This document shows positions 20,898 through 31,218 of a stretch of 50,636 bases of DNA, piece after piece. The stretch lies in contig CACGMX010000001.1 in the NCBI GenBank assembly GCA_902574405.1, positions 1 to 50,636 of the forward strand, read 5' to 3'. A program made the translations under genes and the position numbers. Under the pieces are notes generated by a model. It saw only the letters and a list, made by a program, of their open reading frames with translations, did not search any database and was not told the DNA's origin. Each line of letters opens with the position of its first letter. The stretch's first letter is position 1. The DNA comes from an uncultured Prochlorococcus sp. (GTDB lineage: Bacteria; Cyanobacteriota; Cyanobacteriia; PCC-6307; Cyanobiaceae).

Positions 20898-22802
20898 ATG
20901 GAAAAAGGCGAAATTCGTATTAATACCGAAAATATCTTCCCAATTATCAAGAAGGCAGTTTATTCTGACCATGAAATCTTTTTAAGAGAACTCGTCAGTA
21001 ATGGTGTTGACGCAATAAGTAAACGAAGAATGGCATCTATGGCAGGCGACTGCGAAAATACTGAAGAAGCTCAAGTAAAAATATCTATTGATCGTGAAAA
21101 AAATACACTAACGATTTCTGATAATGGAATTGGAATGAACGATGAAGAAATTAAGAAGTATATAAACCAAGTAGCATTCTCTAGCGCAGAAGAATTTCTA
21201 ACAAAATACAAAAAAGATAATGATGAATTTATAGGCCACTTTGGACTTGGTTTTTATTCAAGCTTCATGGTGGCAGATAGAGTTGATATATTAACTAAAT
21301 CAGCAATTGGAGAATCTAAAGCTTTCAAATGGTCTTGTGATGGATCGCCAAATTTCACATTAGAAGAATCTGAAAGAGAAACTTTCGGTACAGATGTAAT
21401 ACTTCACCTACTTGAAGAAGAAAAAGAGTTTATCGAGCCTGAAAGGATTAAATCATTAATAAAAAAATATTGTGACTTTATGCCAATAGATGTTTTACTC
21501 GAAGGTGAGACAATTAATAAGAAAAATCCTCCTTGGAGAAAACAACCTAGTGAATTAAAAGATGAAGATTATATTGAGTTATATAAATACCTTTATCCTT
21601 TCCAGGGAGATCCACTTTTATGGATTCATCTAAATACAGATTATCCGTATGACATACAAGGGATATTGTATTTTCCAAAGTTATCAGGTAGAGCTGATTG
21701 GGAAAAGGGAGAAATAAAACTATTTTGCAATCAAGTTTTCGTAAGCGATTCAATCAAAGAGATAGTACCAAAATACCTTTTACCTTTAAGAGGAGTTATT
21801 GATTCTACAGATATACCTTTGAATGTTAGTAGAAGCGCATTACAAACAGATAGAAAAGTAAGGTCTATATCATCATTTATCTCAAAAAAAATCGCTAATA
21901 AACTTAAGGATTTGATTAAAAATACTCCAGAATTTTATGCAGAAATTTGGGATTCCATCTCAGCCTTTATTAAAATTGGTGCGATCGAAGATGAAAAATT
22001 TGCTGATTTAGTAGATAACAGTATAATTTTCGAAACAATTATAAATTCAGAGAAAGACGTAACTAAAGATATTGAAAATAAATCTCTTATCAAGTCTAAT
22101 GATAAGTATTTTACAACTCTCGCTAATTACAAAAATAGAAACAAGTTAACTGATTCTAAAAAAATAATTTACAGTTCAGATTTGATTGCACAGTCAAGTG
22201 CATTAAATATCTGTTTATCTGATAATAAAGAGGTTATTAAATCAGATCCCTTAATTGACGCACAATTTCTCCCATGGTTGGAAAGTAAAAATGAAGATTA
22301 TCAATTCCAAAGAGTAGATTCAGAAATAAATGAACTAGAAGATAAAGAATCTAAGGAAATTGTAGATAAGGATGGCAAATCAAATACAGATAATCTTAGA
22401 GATACGATAGTTAAGGCACTTAACAATGAGAAAGTAACAGTTAAAGTGCAGTCACTTTCAAGCAAGGATGCTCCACCTGCGATGATCTTGCTTCCAGAAC
22501 AAATGAGAAGAATTAATGATATGGGAGCTTACATGGAACAAAAGATGCCTGGCTTACCTGATTATCATGTGCTCTTAATTAACAAGGAACATCCACTTAT
22601 TGTTGGTCTTAATAAAATTACAGGCAACAAAATAATTATTGATAAAAAAGATCCTATTGAGAATCCATTGGCATCTAAGATTGCTAACCATGTTTACGAT
22701 ATGGCTAAGCTTTCCGTTGGTGGATTAGATCAAGAACAGATAATTAATTTGCAAAATAATAATGCCGAATTAATTTCAGAATTACTTAATTCAACAAATT
22801 GA
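20898..22802 (+). CDS. htpG: Hsp90 chaperone
   Basis: EIFLRELVSN, DNGIGM, IGHFGLGFYSSF, DIPLNVSR. Confidence 0.97.
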   Translation: MEKGEIRINTENIFPIIKKAVYSDHEIFLRELVSNGVDAISKRRMASMAGDCENTEEAQVKISIDREKNTLTISDNGIGMNDEEIKKYINQVAFSSAEEFLTKYKKDNDEFIGHFGLGFYSSFMVADRVDILTKSAIGESKAFKWSCDGSPNFTLEESERETFGTDVILHLLEEEKEFIEPERIKSLIKKYCDFMPIDVLLEGETINKKNPPWRKQPSELKDEDYIELYKYLYPFQGDPLLWIHLNTDYPYDIQGILYFPKLSGRADWEKGEIKLFCNQVFVSDSIKEIVPKYLLPLRGVIDSTDIPLNVSRSALQTDRKVRSISSFISKKIANKLKDLIKNTPEFYAEIWDSISAFIKIGAIEDEKFADLVDNSIIFETIINSEKDVTKDIENKSLIKSNDKYFTTLANYKNRNKLTDSKKIIYSSDLIAQSSALNICLSDNKEVIKSDPLIDAQFLPWLESKNEDYQFQRVDSEINELEDKESKEIVDKDGKSNTDNLRDTIVKALNNEKVTVKVQSLSSKDAPPAMILLPEQMRRINDMGAYMEQKMPGLPDYHVLLINKEHPLIVGLNKITGNKIIIDKKDPIENPLASKIANHVYDMAKLSVGGLDQEQIINLQNNNAELISELLNSTN

Positions 22803-22841
22803 GTCATGTGTTAAAATTTTTAAAGATATAACTCAATTAAT

Positions 22842-23078
22842 ATGTCAAGAGTTTGCGAAATTACTGGGGCAAAAGCTAATAATGGGATGGCAGTAAGTCA
22901 CTCACACATTCGTACAAAAAAATTGCAACAAGTTAATCTCCAAAAAAGGAGACTATGGTGGGAAGAAGGCAAAAAATGGGTAAATATAAAAATAAGTACT
23001 AAAGCCCTAAAATCTATACAAAAAGTAGGTTTAGATAAATTTGCTAAATCAAATGGAGTTGATTTAAAAAAATTCTAA
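22842..23078 (+). CDS. rpmB: 50S ribosomal protein L28
   Basis: [23 protein letters not shown]. Confidence 0.97.
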   Translation: MSRVCEITGAKANNGMAVSHSHIRTKKLQQVNLQKRRLWWEEGKKWVNIKISTKALKSIQKVGLDKFAKSNGVDLKKF

Positions 23079-23083
23079 ATTTA

Positions 23084-23617
23084 ATGAGAAATTTAGTTGC
23101 AAGTATATTAATACCATTTATTCTCTTATTTAATTGTAATTCAGCTTTTTCTTTTGATTTTGCTCCTGAAGTTGGAGATATGGCTCCCAACTTTCAGTTA
23201 GAAGGTTTTAATAAAAACATAAAAACAAAAACAACTTGGGCATTAAATGATTTTCAAGGTAAATGGCTTGTTATGTATTTTTATCCTAAAGATTTTACTG
23301 CAGGTTGCACTCTTGAAGCTAAAGGGTTTTCAGAATTAAAAAAGGATTTTTCAAAAAAAAATGCCGAAATTGTCGGTATTAGCGCTGATAATAAAGATTC
23401 TCATGAAAGTTTCTGCGGCGAAAAATCCATAAACTACACTTTATTATCTGATCCTGATGGAATTATTAGTGATAAATATGGTTCCTGGATTCCTCCATTC
23501 TCAGATAGAAATACTTTTTTGATTTCTCCTGATGGGAAAATTTCTTATAGATGGATTAGTGTTTTACCTATGAATCATGCTAAAGAAGTTCTCAAAGTTT
23601 TAAAGAATAAAATATAA
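23084..23617 (+). CDS. Peroxiredoxin, BCP/PrxQ family, with N-terminal signal peptide
   Basis: YFYPKDFTAGCTLEA, GISAD, LLSDPDG, RNTFLI. Hydrophobic N-terminus ending in SAFS. Confidence 0.9.
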   Translation: MRNLVASILIPFILLFNCNSAFSFDFAPEVGDMAPNFQLEGFNKNIKTKTTWALNDFQGKWLVMYFYPKDFTAGCTLEAKGFSELKKDFSKKNAEIVGISADNKDSHESFCGEKSINYTLLSDPDGIISDKYGSWIPPFSDRNTFLISPDGKISYRWISVLPMNHAKEVLKVLKNKI

Positions 23618-23621
23618 TATT

Positions 23622-23924
23622 TTGCACGAATTATCATTTGGAACCTGGTTAATACATATCTCATCAGTAGTAGAATGGATTTTTTCCATATTTGTTATAT
23701 ATAAAATTTCTACATATAAAAAATATAATTTATTTTTTTGGTTAAGCCTCGCTATGGTCCCAAACTTAATAGGTGCTATGTGCGCGATCACTTGGCATAT
23801 CTATGACAACCAAGAAAATCTTTACGGTCTAGTATCACTTCAAGGAATATTTACGTTTATAGGAAATTCAACGTTAGCCATAGCAGCAATAAGGATTTTT
23901 AGAGGAATAGAGACTTATGAATGA
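23622..23924 (+). CDS. Ycf49/DUF2499-like membrane protein
   Basis: HELSFGTWLIHISSVVEW, GAMCAITWH. TTG start. Confidence 0.75.
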   Translation: MHELSFGTWLIHISSVVEWIFSIFVIYKISTYKKYNLFFWLSLAMVPNLIGAMCAITWHIYDNQENLYGLVSLQGIFTFIGNSTLAIAAIRIFRGIETYE

Positions 23925-24252
23925 TTTTTTTTTAAAATTTATAGAAAAATTAGGTTCAATCGATAACACATTTTTATTCGCAGTATCAATAATTCCATAT
24001 GCAATATTTTTGTTTTATTTATATAAAATCAAATCTATTAATAATTTTGTAAAAACAGGATTCTTCTTAACTGTTTTATTCGTATTTATAACCATATTGG
24101 TATCTATCTTCACACTAAATTACTATGATAAGAACCTTGTTGAAGTTGACTTCCTGCATGGTTTTGCAGAATCCTTCCTAACTCTCAGTGATTTTGTTAT
24201 TTTGTTTGGATTTATGAAGTTGTTAAATAGCTTAGAAGTAAACAACTCTTAA
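23917..24252 (+). CDS. DUF3593-like membrane protein
   Basis: LFAVSIIPYAIFL, VDFLHGFAESFLTLSD. Overlaps the upstream gene by 8 nt. Confidence 0.7.
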   Translation: MNDFFLKFIEKLGSIDNTFLFAVSIIPYAIFLFYLYKIKSINNFVKTGFFLTVLFVFITILVSIFTLNYYDKNLVEVDFLHGFAESFLTLSDFVILFGFMKLLNSLEVNNS

Positions 24253-24318
24253 GACCTTTTACAATTTTGTGTTTTTTAGGTAAAAGTATTAGAGAATATA
24301 TAAAAATAACGATTTTTT

Positions 24319-24579
24319 ATGTTTACTACATTATTTGCAGCTGCAGATCCAGCAACTTTTTCTTGGTCTCCAAAGTGTGCCGTCGTAATGATTGCATGTA
24401 ATGTTTTTGCTTATGCAATTGCTAGAGCCACTATAAGAAAACCTAATGAAGGTTTTGAAATACCTAATTCAAAATTCTATGGTGGGTTAAGTCATGCCTC
24501 AGTTGTAGGTGCTAATTGTCTAGGTCATATTTTCGGAATTGGAGCAATCCTAGGCTTAGCCTCAAGAGGTGTTTTATAA
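24319..24579 (+). CDS. psaK: Photosystem I subunit PsaK
   Basis: WSPKCAVVMIACN, GHIFGIGAILGLASRGVL. Confidence 0.93.
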   Translation: MFTTLFAAADPATFSWSPKCAVVMIACNVFAYAIARATIRKPNEGFEIPNSKFYGGLSHASVVGANCLGHIFGIGAILGLASRGVL

Positions 24580-24596
24580 AAATTTTTTATTAAATT

Positions 24597-26486
24597 TTAA
24601 TTATTTAACTTAAATTTCTTAACAATTTTATCTGCCATCTGATCAGGCTTAAGTCCTAATGATTTTTTACTCTGATCAGGTGAAGCATGATCAACTAAAA
24701 CATCAGGAATACCTATTCTGTATACAGGAATGTTTATTTCATTATCGTTAAATAATTCAACGATTGCAGAACCAAATCCACCTATTAGGGTCCCTTCTTC
24801 CATAGTTACAACTTTTTGAATCCTACTTGCTAAAGGCATAATAAGATTTTTATCGAGAGGTTTCACAAATCTTGCATTAACAATACATGCATTAATATTC
24901 ATATTTTTAAGTATCTTTGCTGTTTCTATAGCTGATTCGACCATAGAACCATAAGCGATAATTAAAATATCTTCTCCTTCTTCAAGTATTTCAGCTTCGC
25001 CTATATTCAAAGGTTCCCAACCCTCATCCATTACAGCCACTCCTAATCCAGAGCCTCTGGGTATTCTTAGAGCTGTAGGACCATTATGGTTTATTGAAGT
25101 TATTAACATTCTCTGTAATTCAGACTCATCCTTTGGAGCCATCAATACAAAATTAGGTATAGATCTCATATAACTGATATCGTACTGACCTTGGTGAGTA
25201 GGACCGTCAGCTCCAACTATACCAGCTCTATCAAGTACGAATGATACAGGTAAATTTTGTATCCCTACATCATGAATTAATTGGTCGAAAGCACGTTGAA
25301 GAAAAGTGCTATAAATAGCTACAACAGGTTTAAGGCCATCGCAAGACATACCTGCCGCAAGTGTAACTGCATGTTGTTCTGCTATTCCTACATCGATATA
25401 TTGATCAGGAATATTTTTTTGCAATATATCTAAACCAGTACCTGTAGCCATTGCAGCCGTAATACCAACGACTTTACTATCTTGCTCACATATTTTTAAT
25501 AAGGTTTGACCAAATATTTTACTATAACTAACAGGTTTAGGTTTTTTTGATGGAATAGATTTCCCAGTTGTAAGATCAAATGCAGACTGTGCATGATATC
25601 CAACCTGATCGGCTTCTGCATATGGGTAACCCTTCCCTTTTGTTGTGACAACATGAACAAGTACAGGTCTTTTAAGTTTATGGGCAGCGTTAAAGGTCTT
25701 AACTAAATTACCAATATCATGACCATCAATTGGACCCATATATGTAAATCCAAGTTCTTCAAAAACAGCTCCAACCTTAGGCACAGATAGTCGTCTAACA
25801 CTTCCTTTAATATTTTTGAGTTCTTCTGGGATATCCTTACCAATTAAGGGAATATTTTTTACACTTTCTTGAACACTATCGGACAAAAATTGCAATGGTG
25901 GACTTACTCTTACCTTATTTAAGTAAGATGAAAGGGCTCCAACCGGAGGTGAAATAGACATGTCATTATCATTCAACACTACAACTAAAGGGGTATTTGG
26001 TAAGTGACCTGCATGATTTATAGCTTCTAATGCCATTCCTCCAGTTAGTGCTCCATCTCCAATAACAGCAACACATTTATAATTTTCACCTTTTCTATCT
26101 CTTGCTATTGCCATTCCTAAAGCAGCAGAAATAGAAGTACTTGCATGTCCAGCACCAAAATGATCAAATTTACTTTCACTTCTTTTTAGATATCCAGCGA
26201 CCCCATTTTGTTGCCTTAGAGAATCAAATTGACTGTAACGTCCTGTAATTAATTTATGAGGGTAACCTTGATGTCCTACATCCCAAACAACTTTGTCAAA
26301 ATCAAGATCTAAAGTTTGATATAAAGCCAATGTCAACTCAACTACACCTAATCCGGGACCAAGATGTCCTCCACTAGTAGATACTACCTGAAGATGCCTT
26401 TCTCTAATTTGACAAGCAATTTCCTCTAATTGTGAAACTGTTAAGCCATGAAGTTGATTTGGATGACTTAACTCACTTAAAAGCAT
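24597..26486 (-). CDS. dxs: 1-deoxy-D-xylulose-5-phosphate synthase
   Basis: [41 protein letters not shown]. Confidence 0.98.
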   Translation of the reverse strand: MLLSELSHPNQLHGLTVSQLEEIACQIRERHLQVVSTSGGHLGPGLGVVELTLALYQTLDLDFDKVVWDVGHQGYPHKLITGRYSQFDSLRQQNGVAGYLKRSESKFDHFGAGHASTSISAALGMAIARDRKGENYKCVAVIGDGALTGGMALEAINHAGHLPNTPLVVVLNDNDMSISPPVGALSSYLNKVRVSPPLQFLSDSVQESVKNIPLIGKDIPEELKNIKGSVRRLSVPKVGAVFEELGFTYMGPIDGHDIGNLVKTFNAAHKLKRPVLVHVVTTKGKGYPYAEADQVGYHAQSAFDLTTGKSIPSKKPKPVSYSKIFGQTLLKICEQDSKVVGITAAMATGTGLDILQKNIPDQYIDVGIAEQHAVTLAAGMSCDGLKPVVAIYSTFLQRAFDQLIHDVGIQNLPVSFVLDRAGIVGADGPTHQGQYDISYMRSIPNFVLMAPKDESELQRMLITSINHNGPTALRIPRGSGLGVAVMDEGWEPLNIGEAEILEEGEDILIIAYGSMVESAIETAKILKNMNINACIVNARFVKPLDKNLIMPLASRIQKVVTMEEGTLIGGFGSAIVELFNDNEINIPVYRIGIPDVLVDHASPDQSKKSLGLKPDQMADKIVKKFKLNN

Positions 26487-26602
26487 TTAACAAAAATTGG
26501 TATCTATATAATCTAAAACGCCGAGGTGCAAAATGAGTATTTTTTTTGAAATAGATCATGTAATGTTTTATTAGATTAATAATTAATGCTAAAAATATAT
26601 AT

Positions 26603-28144
26603 ATGAATGATTATTTTGAAAAAATACTTCAAGCTGAAGTCTATGAAGTCGCAAAAAAAACACCACTAGAGAAAGCTCATAATTTAAGTAATACACTTAA
26701 TAATGAAGTTTTTCTAAAAAGAGAAGATCTTCAGGATGTATTTTCATTCAAAATAAGAGGTGCATATAACAAAATGAGTAAGCTCACTAATTCACAGCTT
26801 GCTCAGGGAGTAATTACTTCTAGTGCTGGTAATCATGCTCAAGGGGTTGCACTTAGTGCCCTTAAGTTAAATTGCCAAGCAACCATATTAATGCCCATTA
26901 CCACCCCTTTAGTAAAAGTTAATGCAGTAAAAAATTTAAAAGCAAAAGTTATATTATATGGCGATAACTATGATGAAACTCACAAAGAAGCAATAAGGAT
27001 TAGCCAAGAAAGAAATTTATGCTTTATTCATCCCTTTGATGATCCGGAAGTAATAGCAGGACAAGGAACTATAGCTATAGAACTTGAACAGCAGCTTAAG
27101 GAAAAACCTTATGCAATTTATATTGCTGTAGGTGGTGGTGGATTGATATCAGGAATATCTTTATACGTTAAAAAAATATGGCCTGAAGTAAAAATAATTG
27201 GTGTAGAACCAGAAGATGCTGACGCTATGACAAAATCTTTGGAAGAAGAAAAAATAGTGGAACTATCTTCTGTAGGTCAATTTGCAGATGGAGTCGCGGT
27301 TAAAAAAATTGGAAAAAATACCTTTGATATTGGCAGAAAATACATAGATAAGATGATCAGGGTTAATACTGATGAAATTTGTGCAGCTATTAAAGATGTT
27401 TTTGAGGATACTAGATCAATACTAGAGCCCGCAGGTGCCTTATCAATAGCGGGAATGAAAAAAGATATTTTAAATTCGAATCATTCAAATAGAAAAATGG
27501 TTGCGATTGCATGTGGTGCAAATATGAATTTTGAGAGACTTAGATTTGTTGCAGAAAGAGCAGAACTTGGAGAATGTAAAGAAGTAATGATGGCTGTTGA
27601 AATTCCTGAACGTGCTGGAAGTCTAATTGATTTTTGTAAGTTACTTGATAATAGAAATTTAACTGAATTTAGCTATAGAATGTCGAATTCTAAGAATGCA
27701 CAGATCTTTGTAGGGGTACAAGTCTATGGTTTAAATGATAAACAAAATCTATTAAATGTATTTAGAAATTCTGAGTATTCCTTTATTGACATAAGTGATG
27801 ATGAATTATCTAAAAATCATCTCAGACATATGGTAGGTGGAAGATTACCAAGGGATTTCAAAGAAATGGAATATAAAAACTTTATTGAACTTTTATACAG
27901 ATTTGAGTTTCCTGAAAGGCCAGGAGCATTAATAAACTTCTTAAATAATATGAAATCTAATTGGTCTATAAGCGTATTTCACTACAGGAATTATGGAGCT
28001 GATGTAGGGAAAATTGTTATTGGAGTTTTGATCGATAAAAATGAAATTTTAGAGTGGAATAAATTTGTAAGAATTCTAGGCTATAAATTCTGGGATGAAA
28101 CTCAAAACGATACTTATAGATTATTCCTTGGTGCATCAGATTAA
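26603..28144 (+). CDS. ilvA: Threonine ammonia-lyase, biosynthetic
   Basis: KREDLQDVFSFKIRGA, SAGNHAQG, two regulatory repeats (IPERAG, FPERPGAL). Confidence 0.97.
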   Translation: MNDYFEKILQAEVYEVAKKTPLEKAHNLSNTLNNEVFLKREDLQDVFSFKIRGAYNKMSKLTNSQLAQGVITSSAGNHAQGVALSALKLNCQATILMPITTPLVKVNAVKNLKAKVILYGDNYDETHKEAIRISQERNLCFIHPFDDPEVIAGQGTIAIELEQQLKEKPYAIYIAVGGGGLISGISLYVKKIWPEVKIIGVEPEDADAMTKSLEEEKIVELSSVGQFADGVAVKKIGKNTFDIGRKYIDKMIRVNTDEICAAIKDVFEDTRSILEPAGALSIAGMKKDILNSNHSNRKMVAIACGANMNFERLRFVAERAELGECKEVMMAVEIPERAGSLIDFCKLLDNRNLTEFSYRMSNSKNAQIFVGVQVYGLNDKQNLLNVFRNSEYSFIDISDDELSKNHLRHMVGGRLPRDFKEMEYKNFIELLYRFEFPERPGALINFLNNMKSNWSISVFHYRNYGADVGKIVIGVLIDKNEILEWNKFVRILGYKFWDETQNDTYRLFLGASD

Positions 28145-28219
28145 TTTTAAGGTAAATTAGGAAAGATTTCGGTAATTAAAATCAATCAATCTGATCTAAA
28201 TACCACGCCAATATCTGAT

Positions 28220-28717
28220 ATGGATCTAGTTACTAAAGTTGAAGCTGTTCTATATTTGAAAGGCAGACCAATAACAAAAAAGGATCTTTCAGAAATTACT
28301 AATTCTGATATAAACTCTATAAATGAAGCAATTAAAGATCTAAAAAATAAATACTCTAATCCCAACTCAGCTATTGAATTAAATGCAGTTAATAATAGTT
28401 TTTCTCTCGAACTAAAATCTAGTCTTAATGAATTCGTAGATGATTTACTTCCCTCAGATTTGAAAACATCCGAATTAAGGACATTGGCAACTATTGCGAT
28501 CAAAAAAAAGATCCTGCAATCGGATCTTATACTTCTTAGAGGTTCAGGTGCTTATGATCATATTAAAGAATTATTAGAAAAGAAATTCATCGTCAAACGG
28601 AAGCAAAAAGATGGTAGATCATATTGGCTATCATTATCTGAAAAGTTTTTTCAAACTTTTGCTGTAAGTAATGAATATCTCTCAAATATAGGAAGTGGTA
28701 ACAACAAACAGCAATAA
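28220..28717 (+). CDS. scpB: SMC-Scp complex subunit ScpB
   Basis: KVEAVLY, LRTLATIA, RGSGAYDHIKEL, F.QTF. Confidence 0.85.
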   Translation: MDLVTKVEAVLYLKGRPITKKDLSEITNSDINSINEAIKDLKNKYSNPNSAIELNAVNNSFSLELKSSLNEFVDDLLPSDLKTSELRTLATIAIKKKILQSDLILLRGSGAYDHIKELLEKKFIVKRKQKDGRSYWLSLSEKFFQTFAVSNEYLSNIGSGNNKQQ

Positions 28718-28755
28718 TAAGTAAATGTTAGAATGTATTAAATTACGACAAGATA

Positions 28756-29034
28756 ATGTTATCTGAGATTTTCGCAGTTCTAGGTCAAACTTTATCAATT
28801 TATTCTTTCATATTGATAATAAGAATTTTACTTACATGGTTTCCAGGTATTGATTGGAGTAACGGTGTTTTATCTGCATTAACTTCTATCACAGATCCTT
28901 ATTTAAACATATTTAGGGGTATTATCCCTCCAATAGGTGGATTTGATATTTCATCTTTGTTAGCTTTTTTACTTTTAAATGTTATTCAAAATTTAATTAC
29001 AAATCTCCAGTATGCGAGCTTAGGTTATAGCTAA
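28756..29034 (+). CDS. YggT/Ycf19 family membrane protein
   Basis: IRILLTWFP, ITDPYLNIFRGIIPPIGGFDIS. Confidence 0.9.
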   Translation: MLSEIFAVLGQTLSIYSFILIIRILLTWFPGIDWSNGVLSALTSITDPYLNIFRGIIPPIGGFDISSLLAFLLLNVIQNLITNLQYASLGYS

Positions 29035-29036
29035 AT

Positions 29037-29366
29037 TTATCTATCATCTCCAGAACCTCTTATCTTGCCTTTAGCTGCTCTTAATTTTAATTTTTCAAGG
29101 TTTTGTAATGCAACATCCTCTAAATTGAAATTTAATTCTGTACAAAGATTTGATATATACCACAAAACATCTCCTAACTCTTTTTTAATACCTAATTTTG
29201 ATTCGTTATCAAATATTCCATTTTTATCTCTAATAACCTTTTTCACTTTTTCTGCCACCTCACCAGCCTCTCCCACTAAACCGAGAGTTGGATAAATATT
29301 ATTTGAACCTAAATCTGGATATTGTGCTGTTTCTCTAGCTTTTTTCTGATAAGTTTTAAAATCCAT
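29037..29366 (-). CDS. Single-domain MazG-like nucleoside triphosphate pyrophosphohydrolase
   Basis: LGLVGEAGEVAEKVKK and KELGDVLWY (ExxE...ExxD), NLEKL..R. Confidence 0.88.
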   Translation of the reverse strand: MDFKTYQKKARETAQYPDLGSNNIYPTLGLVGEAGEVAEKVKKVIRDKNGIFDNESKLGIKKELGDVLWYISNLCTELNFNLEDVALQNLEKLKLRAAKGKIRGSGDDR

Positions 29367-29427
29367 GACTTAAATAACTAACTTTGGGTATGGTAAATTT
29401 ATTTATATCTAGCAATATTATCTATAT

Positions 29428-31218
29428 ATGTCGAATATTGATTTAAAAAGAAGAACAAAAATAGTAGCAACTATTGGCCCTGCAACTCAATCTGAAGAGA
29501 TAATTACAGATTTAATTAAAGCTGGAGTAACAACATTCAGATTAAATTTCTCACATGGAGATCATAAAGATCATGCTGAGAGAATAAAAACCATAAGGGA
29601 AGTATCAAAAAAGTTAGATATAGATATTGGAATATTGCAAGATCTTCAAGGACCTAAAATACGATTAGGGCGCTTTAAGGATGGGCCAGTAAAAGTTAAA
29701 AAAGGCGATAAATTTACACTGACATCAAATGAAGTCGAATGTACAAATACTATTGCAAATGTTACCTACGACAAACTTTCTAAAGAAGTTAACGAAGGGA
29801 AAAGAATACTTTTAGATGATGGAAAAATAGAAATGATTGTAGAAAAAGTTGATATAAAAGCTAATACTTTGGAGTGCATGGTAACTGTTGGAGGTGTTCT
29901 TTCTAACAACAAAGGTGTTAATTTTCCGGATGTTCAATTATCAGTAAAAGCATTAACAGAAAAAGATAAAGAGGATTTAAAATTCGGTTTATCTGAAGGA
30001 GTTGATTGGATAGCATTAAGTTTCGTAAGAAATCCATCCGATATAAATGAGATAAAGGATTTAATTAACAAAAATGGGCATTCAACTCCTGTAGTCGCAA
30101 AAATAGAAAAATTTGAAGCAATTGATCAGATCGATACAGTATTACCCTTATGTGATGGGGTTATGGTTGCAAGAGGTGATTTGGGAGTAGAAATGCCTGC
30201 TGAAGAAGTTCCTCTTTTACAAAAAGAATTAATAAGAAAAGCCAATTCATTAGGTATCCCAATAATTACAGCGACCCAAATGCTTGATTCTATGGCTTCT
30301 AACCCAAGACCAACCAGGGCTGAAGTTAGCGATGTTGCAAATGCAATTCTTGATGGTACAGATGCTGTTATGCTTTCAAACGAAACTGCAGTTGGTGATT
30401 ATCCTGTGGAGGCAGTTGAAACGATGGCAACCATAGCCAGAAGGATTGAAAGGGATTATCCACTTAAGGCTATTGAAAGCCACTTACCCAGTACAATCCC
30501 AAATGCTATTAGTGCAGCAGTAAGTAATATAGCTAGACAACTTGATGCAGGCGCTATAATCCCTTTAACAAAATCAGGTTCTACCGCTCGAAATGTAAGT
30601 AAGTTCAGACCACCAACTCCTATCTTGGCAACCACTACAGAGAGAAGTGTAGCGAGAAGATTGCAACTTGTTTGGGGAGTCACTCCGATAGTAGTTAAAA
30701 ATGATGAGAGAACTGCTAAAACTTTTAGTTTAGCTATGCAAATTGCCCAGGAGATGGGGATCCTCAATCAAGGAGATTTAGTAGTTCAAACAGCAGGCAC
30801 ATTAACTGGTATTAGCGGCTCTACAGATTTAATAAAAGTGGGTTTAGTAAGAAAGATTTTATCAAGAGGAATATCAATAGGGGAAATCGGTGTTACAGGT
30901 AAAGCAAGAATAATAAAAAATAATCTTGATATTTCATTAATTTGTCCAGGAGAAATATTATTTGTTCCTAAGGAATTAATGGATAATATTCCACTGAGTA
31001 AAAGTATTGCAGGTATTGTTACTAACCAAAAAGTAAATGATGTTTATGCTTTGTTTAACAAAAATAATAAAAAGATTTCTTCAATTTGTAATTTAGAAAA
31101 TATAGATAATCATCACATTAATAATGGCGACCTTATCACATTGCAACTTAATGAAGGTGTTGTTTACATGGGGCAAATTGAAGATGATGATGCAATAGAT
31201 AAATATAAATATGTCTAG
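29428..31218 (+). CDS. pyk: Pyruvate kinase with C-terminal extension
   Basis: RRTKIVATIGP, RLNFSHG, DLQGPKIR, MVARGDLG, ATQMLDSM, PTRAEVSDVANA. Confidence 0.97.
   Translation: MSNIDLKRRTKIVATIGPATQSEEIITDLIKAGVTTFRLNFSHGDHKDHAERIKTIREVSKKLDIDIGILQDLQGPKIRLGRFKDGPVKVKKGDKFTLTSNEVECTNTIANVTYDKLSKEVNEGKRILLDDGKIEMIVEKVDIKANTLECMVTVGGVLSNNKGVNFPDVQLSVKALTEKDKEDLKFGLSEGVDWIALSFVRNPSDINEIKDLINKNGHSTPVVAKIEKFEAIDQIDTVLPLCDGVMVARGDLGVEMPAEEVPLLQKELIRKANSLGIPIITATQMLDSMASNPRPTRAEVSDVANAILDGTDAVMLSNETAVGDYPVEAVETMATIARRIERDYPLKAIESHLPSTIPNAISAAVSNIARQLDAGAIIPLTKSGSTARNVSKFRPPTPILATTTERSVARRLQLVWGVTPIVVKNDERTAKTFSLAMQIAQEMGILNQGDLVVQTAGTLTGISGSTDLIKVGLVRKILSRGISIGEIGVTGKARIIKNNLDISLICPGEILFVPKELMDNIPLSKSIAGIVTNQKVNDVYALFNKNNKKISSICNLENIDNHHINNGDLITLQLNEGVVYMGQIEDDDAIDKYKYV

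Noticed and set aside
24253-24318. Possible HLR1 (RpaB) site upstream of psaK (TTTACAAT)
   Set aside because: Only one half-site is present; the second direct repeat is missing.
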